Made by a program: the position numbers and the translations under genes
Assembly (NCBI RefSeq): GCF_030684315.1
Contig: NC_081357.1
Location: 126,618,808-126,682,807, forward strand
Source: Stegostoma tigrinum
Taxonomy: Eukaryota
Direction: 5' to 3'
DNA length: 64,000 nucleotides
In this document: positions 12,913 to 25,403 of the stretch, piece by piece
Layout of the letters: every line of letters starts with the position of its first letter
Numbering within the stretch: position 1 is the stretch's first letter
The notes under the pieces: model-generated
The model's database searches: none
What the model was told of the DNA's origin: nothing
The model's input: only the letters and a program-made list of their open reading frames with translations

Positions 12913-13275
12913 CTGTTTTTTCTTTATTCATTCACGGGATGAGGGGGTCACTGGCTAGACAGCATTTATTGCTCAGCCCTAATTGCCCACAGGGCAGTTC
13001 AGAGTTAATTACATTGCTGGGGGTCTGGAGTCACATGTAGGCTAGGCTAAATAAGGATGACAGTTTCCCTTCCTAAAGGACATTAGTGAACCAGGTGGGT
13101 TTTTTCTGACAATCGACAATGGATTCATGGTCATCATTAGATTCTTAATTACAGATATTTTATTGAATTCAAATTCCACTATCTGCTGTGGCAGGATTCA
13201 AACCCAGGTCCTCAGAACATTATCTGGGTCTCTGGTTTAACAGTTCAGTGATAATACCATTAGGTCATTGCCTCC
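12913..13275 (-). mobile_element. tRNA-derived DeuSINE-like SINE (SacSINE1-like)
   Basis: Minus strand: A/B-box head (ctaatggtattat...gggtttgaatcc), central domain, and LINE-type tail gggcaattaggg...catcccgtgaatgaataaag(a)n. Confidence 0.8.
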
Positions 13276-13581
13276 TCCTGGTTCCATCATTGTGAAATTT
13301 CATGAGGTACATTGTCGAAAGATTTTGAGAAACTTACTACCGCCATCCAAATCCCTGCATTGCTTTTTTCGAGACTTGAAGCCAGTTTACTAACATTCTG
13401 TAAAAGCTGTGTTTTTGGTGAGAAAGCTGAAAATCCACAAGGATAGCAGCTTCACAGTGCTTCCTGAGACATGAATCAATAATGCATTCAAGCAATTTGC
13501 AAAGACCTAAGTAAGAGATACTGGTGCTTTGTTTTTATTTTGGATGATTTACTTCTTTTCTTCTAATCAATCCATTCAGAG

Positions 13582-13668
13582 ACATTACAAAACACCTCCG
13601 GAGCAGCAAGGACTGAAACCTGTGCCTCCTGGCTCAGAGGTAGAGACAATGCTACCGCACCACAACAG
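13582..13668 (-). mobile_element. tRNA-derived SINE head fragment
   Basis: Minus strand tgtggtgcggtagcatt...caggtttcagtcc; resembles 29500-29595. Confidence 0.5.
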
Positions 13669-14639
13669 CTTTGTTTGGCTGATTTTGTGGACCTGGAAAT
13701 AAACATAAAGGACACTTATTGGGGATCAAGCGATACCTGAGTTAAACTTGGCTGAAGAAGGTTTAAGTGCAATCTCCTCGGCTTCTTATCTTTGGACAAC
13801 CCTGTCATTCCAGGAATTAAGCCAACGAACATTCACAGTACATCTTACTGAAGTTTCAATACATATAAAGTATCCTTACATCTCAACAAAATACTAAAGA
13901 AATCTTCTATAACCACAGAAAAACAGGCAGCTGTGAACACTGAAGAGGAAGCTTTCAGGAAGCTTGGAAAATCCATGTGATTTAAATTAATCATAAGTGC
14001 GGTCAAAATCTCATGAAAAGCCACTGGTTAAAAATTCTGGATCAAGTTACACAAGTATTGAAACATAACTAAATAAATTAAGAAAACTTGATGAATTGGA
14101 GCCAATTTCCAGACAAGTTGAGATTTTCACTGACTTTCACAAGCTCATTCCCACATACTCCTTCCCATCAAAATTCTGCCTGTGGCAATATTGAGCAATA
14201 TTAACAAAAAGCACACTATATTTATAGAGTAAAAAACAGTGTTTGGGGAAAACAGAACATGTAAATTCAGATCATTTATAAAGACATGTGTCACCATGCA
14301 ACGAGTTCAATAAATGAATGAAAGAGCTTGCCAAAGATAATTTCATAAAAACAATGCTTGTTTAAGTAAAGAATTGACTAGAAAAAGTGCAATTAATGCA
14401 AAATAAGACTTCAATATTGGTTTTGAGATTTTATTGCCTGTCATACTTAAAAGCTTTAAGTAGCAGTGTTGAAAATCTATGGATCCTGTGTCTGGGAAAA
14501 ATGCAAACTACATGAAAGATTTCATGATATTTTGAGATTTCTTGGCAATGTATTAACAATTGGAGAGCATAGATGTAGGGGATAAAGGGCAAAATATTAG
14601 AAGAATGATTGTATTTGTGTACAGGTTGTGGGTAAAATT

Positions 14640-14860
14640 ATAAAGCTGCATTTATTATCTGCCACTCAGTAGGTGATGTTGGGCATTATGACTGAACTGC
14701 TGTTGTCCTTGCATCAATAGACATTCCCTAGCAATGTTAATTAGAGAATTTAAGTATTTTGATTCAGTAACAACAAAGAGAGAGGAGTATCACATCTCAA
14801 TGTGGGTGGGTGAGTGACTTGGGGGGAGACCTGAGGATGAAGGTAATACCATCTAACTGG
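14640..14860 (-). mobile_element. Old LINE 3' fragment (family of 22345-23578)
   Basis: Resembles 33600-33850 and the reverse complement of about 23330-23540. Confidence 0.45.
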
Positions 14861-15954
14861 TAGAAACCCATAGATCTGTAGATTGTTGAATGCTTGCACA
14901 ATTGAGAAATTTCCTGGTAATTCCAATATATCTCTGTGGAAGGCAGATTTTCCTCCTTCTTCAGCTTTACTCTATACCAGATAAATAATTTGTTATTCTG
15001 TTCTCAGCTACAAACAATGGTATTATTGCTTTTGTAATAACACGCATGTCTAACTATGGATATGATATATAGTACAAACTGCTATCTTGCGCCATCATAA
15101 TGGTTGTATTTATTTACAGGTTGTTGGTGACATTGTAAAGCTAGTTTTATTATTTGCCTCTGAGAAGGTGGTGTTGGGCATTATGGGCATTACCATGCAC
15201 CAATATGCACATAAGGACTGCCACTACAAATTCATTTATTTGGATGAGTTAACACCAAATGATAAAGAAATTTTCACTGCAAAAATGTTGTTCTGGTAGA
15301 TGCAAAAATATAATATAACTACATGTAAAGATAGAGTATTTAATTTAGATTTACCCACTGAAGTTTTAAATCTGTAGGATAAGTTCAAGTCCAACCGGAA
15401 TGTCAAAATGGAAATCCCCTGTTCTATTGGCTGAAGCATGCAAGATGAAATGAATCTGAACTTTGGCAATTCAATTTGTAGCAAGTTCATAATGCATAAC
15501 TGCCTGCAATTTGACAGAAATCACCACTAATTTGGCAATCTTGACATTTGGAAATATTACAACTAATTTGAAGTTTGAAAATATAGGTGTCCTGTGGATG
15601 AAATGATGTTGACATTCAGACCCATTGGCAAAATAGAGCAACTTTAATGCCTAGATTATCCTCTAACTTGATTTGAGAATATCCATTGCATGGCTAAACA
15701 AATTTCTCTTCTGAGTATGGGGCCCTTGGAGGATGTGACTGGGCTATTGGTATGGGGAACAGAGATATAGAACATGATTTATATCAATTATTCACATCAG
15801 CTTTTTTGGTGGAGGACACTGTAACATCCCAAAGATATCAGATAAATAAGATGTTAATGGGAGAAAAAGTAAGTCTCTGTCACAAGAGATAAAATTCTTG
15901 ATAAAATAATGAAATAGAAGGCAGACAAGTTACTAGGACAGGATGGCCTTGCAT

Positions 15955-16875
15955 CGAGTCATAGAATCATAGAAGTTTACTGCATGGAAACAGGCCCTTC
16001 AACCTAAATTGTCCATACTGCCCATTCTTCACAATTAAATTAGTCCCATTTGCCTGTGTTTGGCCCATATCTCTCCATACATATCCTATCCATGTACCTG
16101 TCTAAATGTTTCTTAAATGATGAAATTATACTTACCCCCACCACTACCCCTGGCAGACAATTCCAGACACTCACCACCCTCTGTGTGAAAACATTGACTC
16201 CCGGGCCCTTTTGTATCTTTCCCCTCTCACCTTAAACCTGTGCCACCTGGTTTTTAGATTCTTCTACCAGGGAGGAAAGCTGTTGGCTGTATACTCATCG
16301 ATCCTCTCATTTTATGCACCTCTATATGGTCAACGCTTGGTCTCATATGCTCCAGGGAAAAATGTCCCATCCTACCTAGCATCTCCTTATAACTCAAACC
16401 TTCCAGTTCAGGGAGCATCCTAGCAAATCTTTTCTGCACTCTTTCAAGTTTAATAATATCCTTTCAATAGTTAGGTGACCAGAACTGCATCCAAACATGG
16501 CCTTACCAATGGCTTGTACAGCTGCAACAAGATGTCCCAAACCCTGTACTCAAGCATACCGAAAGCTGCCTTCACCACCCTGTCTACCTGTGACTCCACT
16601 TTCAAGGAGCTCTGAAACTGTACTCTTAGATCTCTAGTTCTATAACACTTCCCGGGGTCCTACCATTGACTGTATGAGTCCAGCTCTGGTTTGAATTACC
16701 AAATTACCACCTTTCATTTATCTAAATTAACCTCCATCTGTCATTCCTCAGCTCACTGGCCCAATTGATCAAGGTCTTGCTGTATTTCCAGACGACCTGC
16801 TTCACTGCCCACTGGTGTCATCCATGACCTTACTAACCAGACCTCCTAAATTCTTATCCAAATCATTCGTATAAA
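15955..16875 (-). mobile_element. CR1 3' fragment
   Basis: QKRFARMLPELEGLSYKE; tail agtcatagaatcatagaa at the left end. Confidence 0.9.
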
Positions 16876-16996
16876 TTGCATTTCAGGAGGGTTCAAGCAG
16901 TTTAGAAAATAGAGTCACGGAGATCTGCAACATAGAAAAAGGTCCTTCAAACCATCAAGTACGTGCCAGTTAAAAACAATCATCAACCAATTTAAA

Positions 16997-17167
16997 TAAA
17001 TACCAAAAGAACTGCGGAAGCTGTAAATCAGGAACAAAGTTAACGTTTCAGGTCCGGTGACCCTTCCTCAGAACTGAGGAAGGGTCATCGGACCCGAAAT
17101 GTTAATTCTGTTTTCTCCTCCACAGATGGTGCCAGACTGCTGAGCTTTTCCAGCAACTTTGTTTTTG
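16997..17167. mobile_element. Palindromic family B element with two head-to-head hammerhead cores
   Basis: Minus CTGAGGAagggtcaccggacctGAAACGTTaac (17071-17039) and plus CTGAGGAagggtcatcggacccGAAATGTTaat (17074-17106). Confidence 0.9.
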
Positions 17168-17589
17168 AGCCAAACAATCTAAACCCTTTTTCTATCATTT
17201 GATTCGTAGCCATAGATACCTTGGCATCACTTGTGTGCATCTAAATACATATTAAGTGTTATGTGGGTTCCTGCCCTTAGGGCCCTTTCAGGCATATGGA
17301 ATCTTACAGAATAGAATAGAATGGAAATTTATTGTCACATGCATTTTTACTGAAAAACTCAGCGAAAAAATTATAAGTCACCCCATCAGGGTGCTTAGAG
17401 AATGGTGGGCTCGGCTTGAGGGGCTGAATGGCTTACTCCTGTCCCTGTTTCTTTTGTTCTTTTCAGGGCTTGGGAGTCAGCTAAGAGCACCAGAAATAGT
17501 AATCTGAGAACCTGTTTTGCAAGATTCTTCTAACTCCTAACCTTGCATTTTCACAAGCAGCCATAGATTCATACTTTCAAAGTAAATAG

Positions 17590-18155
17590 TTGCGGGAGTA
17601 GGCCATTCAGCCCTTTCAGCCTGCACTACCATTCGATATGATGGTTGTTGATCATGCAATCTCAGTATCCCACTCCATTCCCTTTAGCCACAAAAGGCCA
17701 TGTCCAGCTCCCTCTTGAATATATCTAATGAACTGTCCCCAACAGCTTTCTGTGGGAGAGAATCCCACAGGGTCGCAACTCTCTGAGTGAGAACATTCTT
17801 CCTCATCTCAGTCCTGAATGGCTTAATTCTTATTCTCGGGCTGTGACCCCTTGTTCTAGACTTTCCCAACATCAAGAACATTCTTCCTGCATCTAGCCTG
17901 TCCAGTCTCATCAGGATTTTGTATGTTCCTGTGACATTCCGCTTCATTCTTCTTCATTCCGGTGAATACAAGCTCAGTTGATCTGGTCTTTTTCCAAATG
18001 TCAGTTCTGCCATCCCGGGAATCGGTCTGGTGAACTTTCGCTAGACTCCCTCAATAGCAAGAATGTCCTTCCTCAGAAAAGAAGACCAAAACTGCACACA
18101 ATTTTCAAGGTGTGGCCTCACCAAGCCCTATATATCTGCAGAACGACATCCTTAC
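17590..18155 (-). mobile_element. CR1 3' fragment
   Basis: YKILMRLDRLDAGRMF...TRGHSPRI...TQRVATLWDSLP. Confidence 0.9.
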
Positions 18156-18404
18156 TTCCAGTCATTGCAGTTGTTGAGTTGCAAATTTCAGTACAGTCTC
18201 TTGCCCTTCACCTCAATCAGCTGAAGTATCCTTTACACTGCCCATGCTCTGAGATGATTGTATTCAGACAGGAGCATTTACAGTTTTAAAGACAAGTTCA
18301 AGGTGGTGATTATGCTCTAATTTGACAGCAAACATTTGATCTAGTTAGGCAGTGGTATCAAAAGTTTTATGCTTTAGGCTACATAAATTAGGGGAGAATT
18401 CATA

Positions 18405-18555
18405 TCGAGTCATAGAGACATAGAGCTGCACAGCATGGAAATAGGCCTTTTGGTCCAACTTGTCCATGCTGACCAGATATCCGAAATTAATCTTGTCCCA
18501 TTTGCCTGCATTTGGCTCGTATCACCTCTAAACCCTTCCTATTTATTTACCCATC
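18405..18555 (-). mobile_element. CR1 3' UTR fragment
   Basis: gagtcatagagacatagag tail and similarity to 19693-19850. Confidence 0.8.
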
Positions 18556-19692
18556 AAAGGAGAACGGGGTCTAGAAATGGAAATTTAAAGATGTAAGAGT
18601 GTTTGAATTGGTAATTGTATTAATTTTGTTTTGGCAAACACTTCTTTGGGATTTGGTTCAGTTTTTGGAAGATGGTGCTTGGGTTTTCTGTGCAGTTTTT
18701 GGGAGGCATGTGTTTGGGATTTGTGCATTTGAAAATGCTTGGAACTTCTGTTGCCTACACAAGAAGGTAAGGTATCTTTCAGTTTGTGCTAGGAATCACA
18801 ACAAGAGCTGGGTAGGATGATACAATCCTTATCCTTAATCATACACAATGCTTAAAGATTTTGCTTGTACTCGATGAGTCGTTAGCATTAATGAGACATA
18901 CTTGTTTTCCTTTACAAGGTGATTGAGGCCAAACATTTCTAACAGGCTAATAATATCAATGATCCCTTGTTCTAGACCCATACTTTCAGTTGTTTCTGTC
19001 TATCCTGTCCCATTGTTTCATAATTTTATACAATTCTGCCATTTCCAGCAATCTGTATTCATTTAATCGTAACAGTCAAGACTTCAATTCCTCTGGAGGA
19101 TCAGAGGCACTAAAACCTTAAGCTTTGTTGCATGGTCAATGCTAATAACACCTTAAAAGTCCTGCAGGTTTTGTAATATCTGAACTTTTGCTTTTTCCTC
19201 TTTATCGTTCATGCCTGAAAATCTTTACTTTTTCAAAAACAGTCCCCGAATGAAGACTACCACTGAGGCATCTTCGCCTCTACAATTTGCTACTATTGAG
19301 CTACTATAAGTAGTCAACATTGTTTGGAAAGCAAATCATTAAAGGAGAAGGAAATGAACTTGTTGCTGAATATCAGACCCTTGCTATGGGCAGCATTTGG
19401 GGATTACTGACTGTGTTTACCAGGTAAATATTGTCTCCTTTCAGTTCCGAGATAAATACCATGAGGGAGGAGATTGAAGAATAGCATTTTCCACATTTAC
19501 ATGACTGCGAATGAATGGTTGCTTCGGCTGTAACTAGTTATCGTCTACGTGGTGGATTTTGCCCATCTGCATCCCAGACCTCAAGGGTATAGGGAATTGG
19601 AAAAATGAACCATTTTTTCCTGAGAGCTAGAATACCATTACAACACCTTTGGCTCAAAACTTAATGATGCTACTTTTACTGTTGACATATTA

Positions 19693-20645
19693 TAGAGTCA
19701 CCAAGCTAAAGAGCCATAGAGCTGTACAGCGTGGAATAGACCCTTCAGTCCAACTCATCTATGCCGACCAGATATCTTAAATTAATTAGTCACATTTGTC
19801 AGCATTTGGCCCATGTCCATCTAAACCCTTCCTATTCATGTACCTATCCAGATGCCTTTTAAATGGTGTAATTGTTCCAGTGTCCACCACTTCATCTGGC
19901 AGCTCATTCCATTCACACACCAGCCTCTGCATGAAAAAGTTACCCCTTAGGTCCCTTTTAAATCTTTCCCCTCTCACCATAAACCTATGCCCTCTAGTTT
20001 TAGACTTCCTGACCCTGGGGAAAAGACCTTGACTACTCACCCTAACCACGCCCCTCATGGTTTTATAAACTCCCATAAGGTCACCACTCAGCCTCTGACA
20101 CTCCAGGCAAAGTAGCCACAGTCTATTCAGCCTCTCTCTACAGCTCAAACCCTCCAGTCCTGGCAACATCCTTGTAAATCTTTTCTAAACCCTTTCAAGT
20201 TTCACAATATCCTTCTTGTAGCAGGGTGATCAGAATTGCACACAGCATTCCAATAGTGGCCTAACTGATGTCCTGTACAGCCATGACATGATTTTCCAAC
20301 ACCTATAATCAATACACTGACCAAGAAAGACAAGCGTACCAAATGCTGCCTTCACTATCCTGTTGACCTGCAGCTCCACTGTCAAAAGGCTACGAACCTG
20401 TGCTCCAAGGTCTCTATTTTTGGCAACACTCCCCAGGAGCTTACCATCAAATGTATAAGCCCTGCCCTGATTTGCCTTTCCACAATGCATCACCTCATGT
20501 TTATCTGAATTAAATTCCATTTGTCATCCCTTAGCCCATTGGCCAATTTGATCAAGATCCTGTTGTACTCTGAGTACCAGCTTCACTGTCCACCACACCT
20601 CCAATTTTGGAATCATCTGCAAACGTACTAACCATACCTCTTATG
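19693..20645 (-). mobile_element. CR1 3' fragment (RT C-terminus)
   Basis: VSTFADDSKIGG, RPLLECCVQF, TRGHRF and FFMQRLV. Confidence 0.92.
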
Positions 20646-21109
20646 TTCATAATAAAACAACTTGTAAAGTTGTAGGCTCCAAGACAACATGATTTTTTTG
20701 CTCTAAGTAAACAAGAGAGGAGTGATACATGAGTTTTTTGAAATTTTTGCATCTGTGCTGTGGTAGAATTCAATATGTCATAAATAATATGTCAGAATGA
20801 CCAAGACAAGGCAGTCTAGTTTTAAATCATTTGCCTTTATTACTTAAAAATGAATAATAGAGAGTCTACACTGATAGGGAGGGAAATAGCTGAGTTGGGG
20901 AAAGAGGAGAGAGTTGAGAATTGGGAGCTGTGGGCTTGGAAGAAACCCCTATACCGGCTTGTTGATTGTTGCACTTTTATAGACAAGTGTAATGGGTGAG
21001 TAGACTTCAATGTTTTAAAGTGTAATAGGTATTTCTAATTGACTGATATGTCCTGAGATCGCTTCAGCTCCTTATCATTCATTGAGAGACTGCCTTCCAT
21101 ATGCGGAGG

Positions 21110-21395
21110 AGCTGGCAATGTCACTGGAGTTGGAATCCAGAAATCCTAATTCGAGGAGAATGAGATTGAATCCCAGATAGTGAAAATTGAATTCAGTAAA
21201 AATCTGTAATTGAGGGTTGCCCTAATTGCTATCCATTTGATTCCCTAGTGCCCTATACAGAAGAAAATCTACTTACGTGGTTTGGCCTACATGTAATTTA
21301 AGGCCCAAAGAAAAATGATTGACTTTTAGTATCCCTTTGGACAATTAGGGATGAGCAATAAACACTGGATAAAATGGTTGACACACCCTATGGAT
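21110..21395 (+). mobile_element. Degenerate DeuSINE-like SINE
   Basis: Collinear with the reverse complement of 12913-13275 (ttgaattcagtaaaaatctg, ggcctacatgt, ggacaattagggatgagcaataaa). Confidence 0.7.
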
Positions 21396-21679
21396 TATCA
21401 AATACCTTGTGTCAACCTTCATTAGTGATGCCAGAAAACAACAAGGCCAGGCAGACACAAGTTCAAGACAGAATCTGTTCTGGTTATGGCTGACTTGGAT
21501 GCAAGAACCTAACAATATGGACCACAAAGAAGCCCACAACAGACTAAATCTGCTTACCCAGACTGTTAAATCCTGTGGAATCCTCGGTCAGTACATTTAA
21601 GATCAGTCTCAATGGAAGAATTAGGAAACTGGATTTTAGATGCAATTGGTATGCAATTGACAAGTGCAAAAGATGGGGC

Positions 21680-22340
21680 CACATTAAAAGTTATTATTGA
21701 AAATAAAAGTCAGGGGTAGCAAATTGGTGTGAATGAAAGGTTTGCAGGCAAACAGGAAGCAGAAGGTAGGTAAAACTGGATCTTCTTCAGAATGGAAAGG
21801 TACGCCACATAAGTCAGAGCTAGGACCTCAACTATTCAAGAATTTTCATAAATAATTTAGATGAAGAAGTAGCAAGCATAAATTAGTTGATGACACACAG
21901 AGAGTTAGGAAAATAAGCTGTGAAGAGGACACAGCTTGGTTGTGAAAAGATATTGATAGAATCAGATTGCAAGCAAAGATGCAGCTAATGGAATATGATG
22001 TAATAAAATGTGAAATTGTCATTTTAACAGGAAGAGTAAAAGGAAAAACATTATCTATTTGGTGAGACATTGCAGAGCTCTGAGATACAGAGGGATTTGG
22101 ATGCTTTTGTGTATAAAGTGCAAAATGTTAGTATGCAGGTGCAACAAGCAGTTATGAAAGCTAATGGAGTGTTATCATTTATCACGAGGAGTTCTGAACA
22201 CAAAAACATTATGCTTCTGCAATGCAGGGGCCTATTGAGGCTGCATCATGAGTACCGTGCGCAGATTTGGCCATCTTATTGAAGGATGGATGTAAATCTA
22301 CTGGAGACAGTTCATAGAATGTTTACTTTGGCTAATACAT
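21680..22340 (+). mobile_element. Degenerate CR1 RT fragment
   Basis: QRDL...QVQQAVMKANGVLSFITR and HHEYRAQIWP. Confidence 0.8.
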
Positions 22341-22344
22341 GGAA

Positions 22345-23578
22345 GAGGTGGCGGCTCCTCATCTGCTCTACACGTGACTCCAGACCTACAGCAATGTGGT
22401 TGACTCTCAATTGCCCACGGAAATGGCCTCACAAGCCATTCAGTTGTACATATCACGACAAAGTTTCAGAGAAATGAAACTGGATAGATGTCCTGGGATT
22501 GGCCTAGGCACCGGAAATGGCAGGAACAGCGCTGTTGACCCTGTAAAGTCCTCCTCGCTAACAGTGGGAGAGCTGTATCACAGACTAATCAAGCAACAGC
22601 CTGACATAGTCATACTCATGGAATCATACCTTACAGACAATATCCCAGACACCACCGTCACCATTCCTGGATATGTCCTGTCCCACCAGCAGGTCAGAGC
22701 CAGCAGAGGTGGTGGCGCAGTGATATATAGTGGGAAGGGCGTTGGGCTGGGAGTCCTCAACATTGCCTCTAGACTCTATGGAGTCTCGTGGCTTCAGCTT
22801 AACCATGGGAAAGGAAACCTTCTGCTGGTTACCACATACTGTCCTCCCTCAGCTGCTGAATCAATACTCCCCCCTGTTGAATTGCACATGGAGGAAGCAC
22901 TTTGGATAGCAAGGGAACAAAATGTACTCTGGGTCAGGGATTTCAATATCCACCACCAAGACTGGCTCAGCAGCAGTAATACCGATCGAGCTGGTTGGCT
23001 CCTAAAGGACATAGCCTCTAGACTGGGTTTGCAGCAGGTGGCGAAGGAGCCCACGAGAGGGAAAAACATGCTTGACTTTATCCTTACCAATCTGCCAGCT
23101 GCAGATGCATCTGTCCATGACAGAATCAGTAAGAGTGACCATTGCACAGTCCTCGTGGAGTGGCACTACATCCACAAACATTCACTCCGTCTGCCACCGA
23201 CACTCAGTAGCAGCAGTGTGTACCATCTACAAGATGCCCAGCAGAAGTTAACCAAAGATCCTCAGACAGCACCTTCCAAATCCACGGCCACTTCCATCTA
23301 GAAGGACAAGGGCAGCAGATACATGGGAGCACCACCCCCAGCATGTTCCCCTCCAAGCCACTCACCATCCTGACTTGGAATCTTTGTTGTCATTCTTCAC
23401 TGTCACTGGGTCAAAATCTTGGAATTCCCTCTTCAATAGCATTGTGGGTAAATCCACAGAAGGCAGACTTCAATGGTTCAAGGCAGCTCACTGCCACCTT
23501 TTCAGGGGCAAATTGGGATGGGCAATAAGTCCTGGACACCCAGTGATGCCAACATCCCACGAAATGATTAAAAAAATC
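22345..23578 (+). mobile_element. Internally deleted CR1/L2-group LINE: 5' UTR + APE endonuclease joined to the post-RT 3' end
   Basis: Endonuclease motifs PDIVILMESYL, RGGGAVIY, (G>R)DFNIHH, PTRGKNMLDFILTN and SDH; abrupt junction near 23160; tail matches the DeuSINE tail. Confidence 0.85.
22396..23301 (+). pseudogene. APE-type (exo/endo/phosphatase) LINE endonuclease ORF remnant
   Basis: 301-codon ORF; only about 22560-23160 is endonuclease-like, and the remainder appears to be out-of-frame LINE 3' sequence. Confidence 0.75.
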
Positions 23579-24044
23579 AGAGATTGCAATGTTGTTGTTG
23601 TAAATTGATAGCTTAGCAGCAACGCCAGTTGTACATATTCCTTATTTTTTAAATCTTCACCAAATCCTTTCAATGTCCAGAAGCCAACTCCCACCCTGGC
23701 AAAAAAACCAAGACCTTTATATGAAATAAACCCCGACAGAGAGTCATCCAACATCGAAGAACAAAACGTACCCAAATTTTATTTTTGTAACATAAACTCA
23801 ACATCAAATTGATGTAAAAAAGACACTCAATTTTTTAAAAAATTACTAACATTGCTCACCAGGAACGGTGTAAATGGAAATTAGAGAAGGGGTATGGTAC
23901 AAGAGTGAGGATTATATCACAATGGTATTGGTGGAGGAAATAACGTACCTAGGCTCCTCAGTACCCACCTCTCACGAAAAGCTTCAAGACTCCTAGTGAA
24001 AGTTATGTGCTCCTTCTCTAAGGACCGTCAGGCACAAAGAGAAG

Positions 24045-24960
24045 AGAGAATTAGAATTAGGTTTGTGTCGCATGTACTTAAGAATAGAAGTACAGGAGTA
24101 GAGGGAAACATTTACAATGTCACCCCACATGGTGTTATCTCAGGTACAAACATTAGGTACAAAATAGAGGGACACCAAACAGTTACATTAACTTACTGCC
24201 ATTTATAGTAAAAGTTAGAAAAATAAGAACTAACGTTAAGAAGATAAACATAACAGTCTTTCTATGAAGGGCCTGCAGTAGATCAGCACATGGGGTGCTT
24301 CCACACATCATCTAAGTGGGCTCGTAAGTTGCTGACCGCTCACGCCGGTCTCCAGTTCAACAAACATCCCTGCTCTGCACTGGACATGCTGGCTATCTCT
24401 GTGCTCCCGGCCATCCCCCACACCTCCCCGTGCCCCTGGCCATTGCCCACTCCTCTCCGTGTTGACTGGCCATCTCTCACTCCTCTCTGTGCCCCCTGGC
24501 CATCCCCCACTTCTCTCCATGCTCACTGGCCATGCCCCAATCCTCTCCGTGCTCACTGGCCATCCCCCACTTCTCTCCATGCTCACTGGCCATGCCCCAA
24601 TCCTCTCCATGCTCACTGGCCATCCCCCACTCCTCTCTGTGCTCACTGGCCATCTCCCCCACTCCTCTCCGTGCCCACTGGCCATCTCCCCCACTCCTCT
24701 CCATGCTCACTGGCCATTCCCCACCCCTCTCCGTGCCCCCTGGCCATCTCCCACTCCTCTCTGTGCTCACTGGCCATCCCCCACTCCTCTCTGTGCTCAC
24801 TGGCCTTCCCCACTCTGTGAACACTGGCCAATCCCACTCCATGCTCATGGCCCATCCCCGCTCCTTGTTCACTGGCCAGCCCTGCTCCGTGCTCACTGGC
24901 TATATCCGCTTCTCTCCGCTCACAGCCTCCAGCGATGGAAATTATAATCCTCTTCAAGGC
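24045..24960 (-). mobile_element. Non-autonomous element with Rex1-like 3' tail, containing a minisatellite
   Basis: Left end agaattagaattaggtttgtgtcgcatgtac is the reverse complement of a gtacatgcgaca...ctaattct tail shared with 26516-27061 and 57020-57125; right boundary uncertain. Confidence 0.5.
24398..24900. repeat. 30-bp C-rich minisatellite (about 16-17 units)
   Basis: Consensus gctcactggccatcccccactcctctccat/gt. Confidence 0.95.
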
Positions 24961-25324
24961 CTGCTGCCTGGATCTGTTGATGGCTACTTTATCCATGAGT
25001 AAGGTCCTTGAAAACAGCCATCACTGTCCCTCTGGACTGGGTGCCTGTAGTTCAGGAATGAGTGGCTCAAATGCTATCAAAAGAACAGTAAACTGTCTTT
25101 AAGAGAGCTGAACGAGGATGCAAACACCCAAAACAAATATATACATGGTGCAAAGGCCCCACATCCTTGCATAAATGATGAACTATTATTTTATGTTTTA
25201 TGATAGCTTATAATTTAAGCGATAATATTTCATTTTTTTCACCAAATTACCCAATCACACAAAAGAACTCGGGTTTATATTTTTTATTTGAGAAAAAAGA
25301 ACCCCACTGAATCACCCAATTAGG

Positions 25325-25402
25325 TAGAGTCATACAGCACAGAAACACACTGTGGTCTAACCGGTCCATGCCGACCATAATCCCAAACTAAGCCAGTCCC
25401 AT
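25325..25402 (-). mobile_element. CR1 3' tail fragment
   Basis: agagtcatacagcacagaaaca...cccaaactaagccagtccca. Confidence 0.7.
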
Positions 25403-25403
25403 C

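Noticed and set aside
18695-18772. Possible plus-strand exon (tgcAG...aagGTAAGG)
   Set aside because: No recognisable protein and no partner exons; compatible with chance.
24290-25002. Six overlapping ORFs of 117-176 aa
   Set aside because: Artefacts of a stop-free 30-bp minisatellite.
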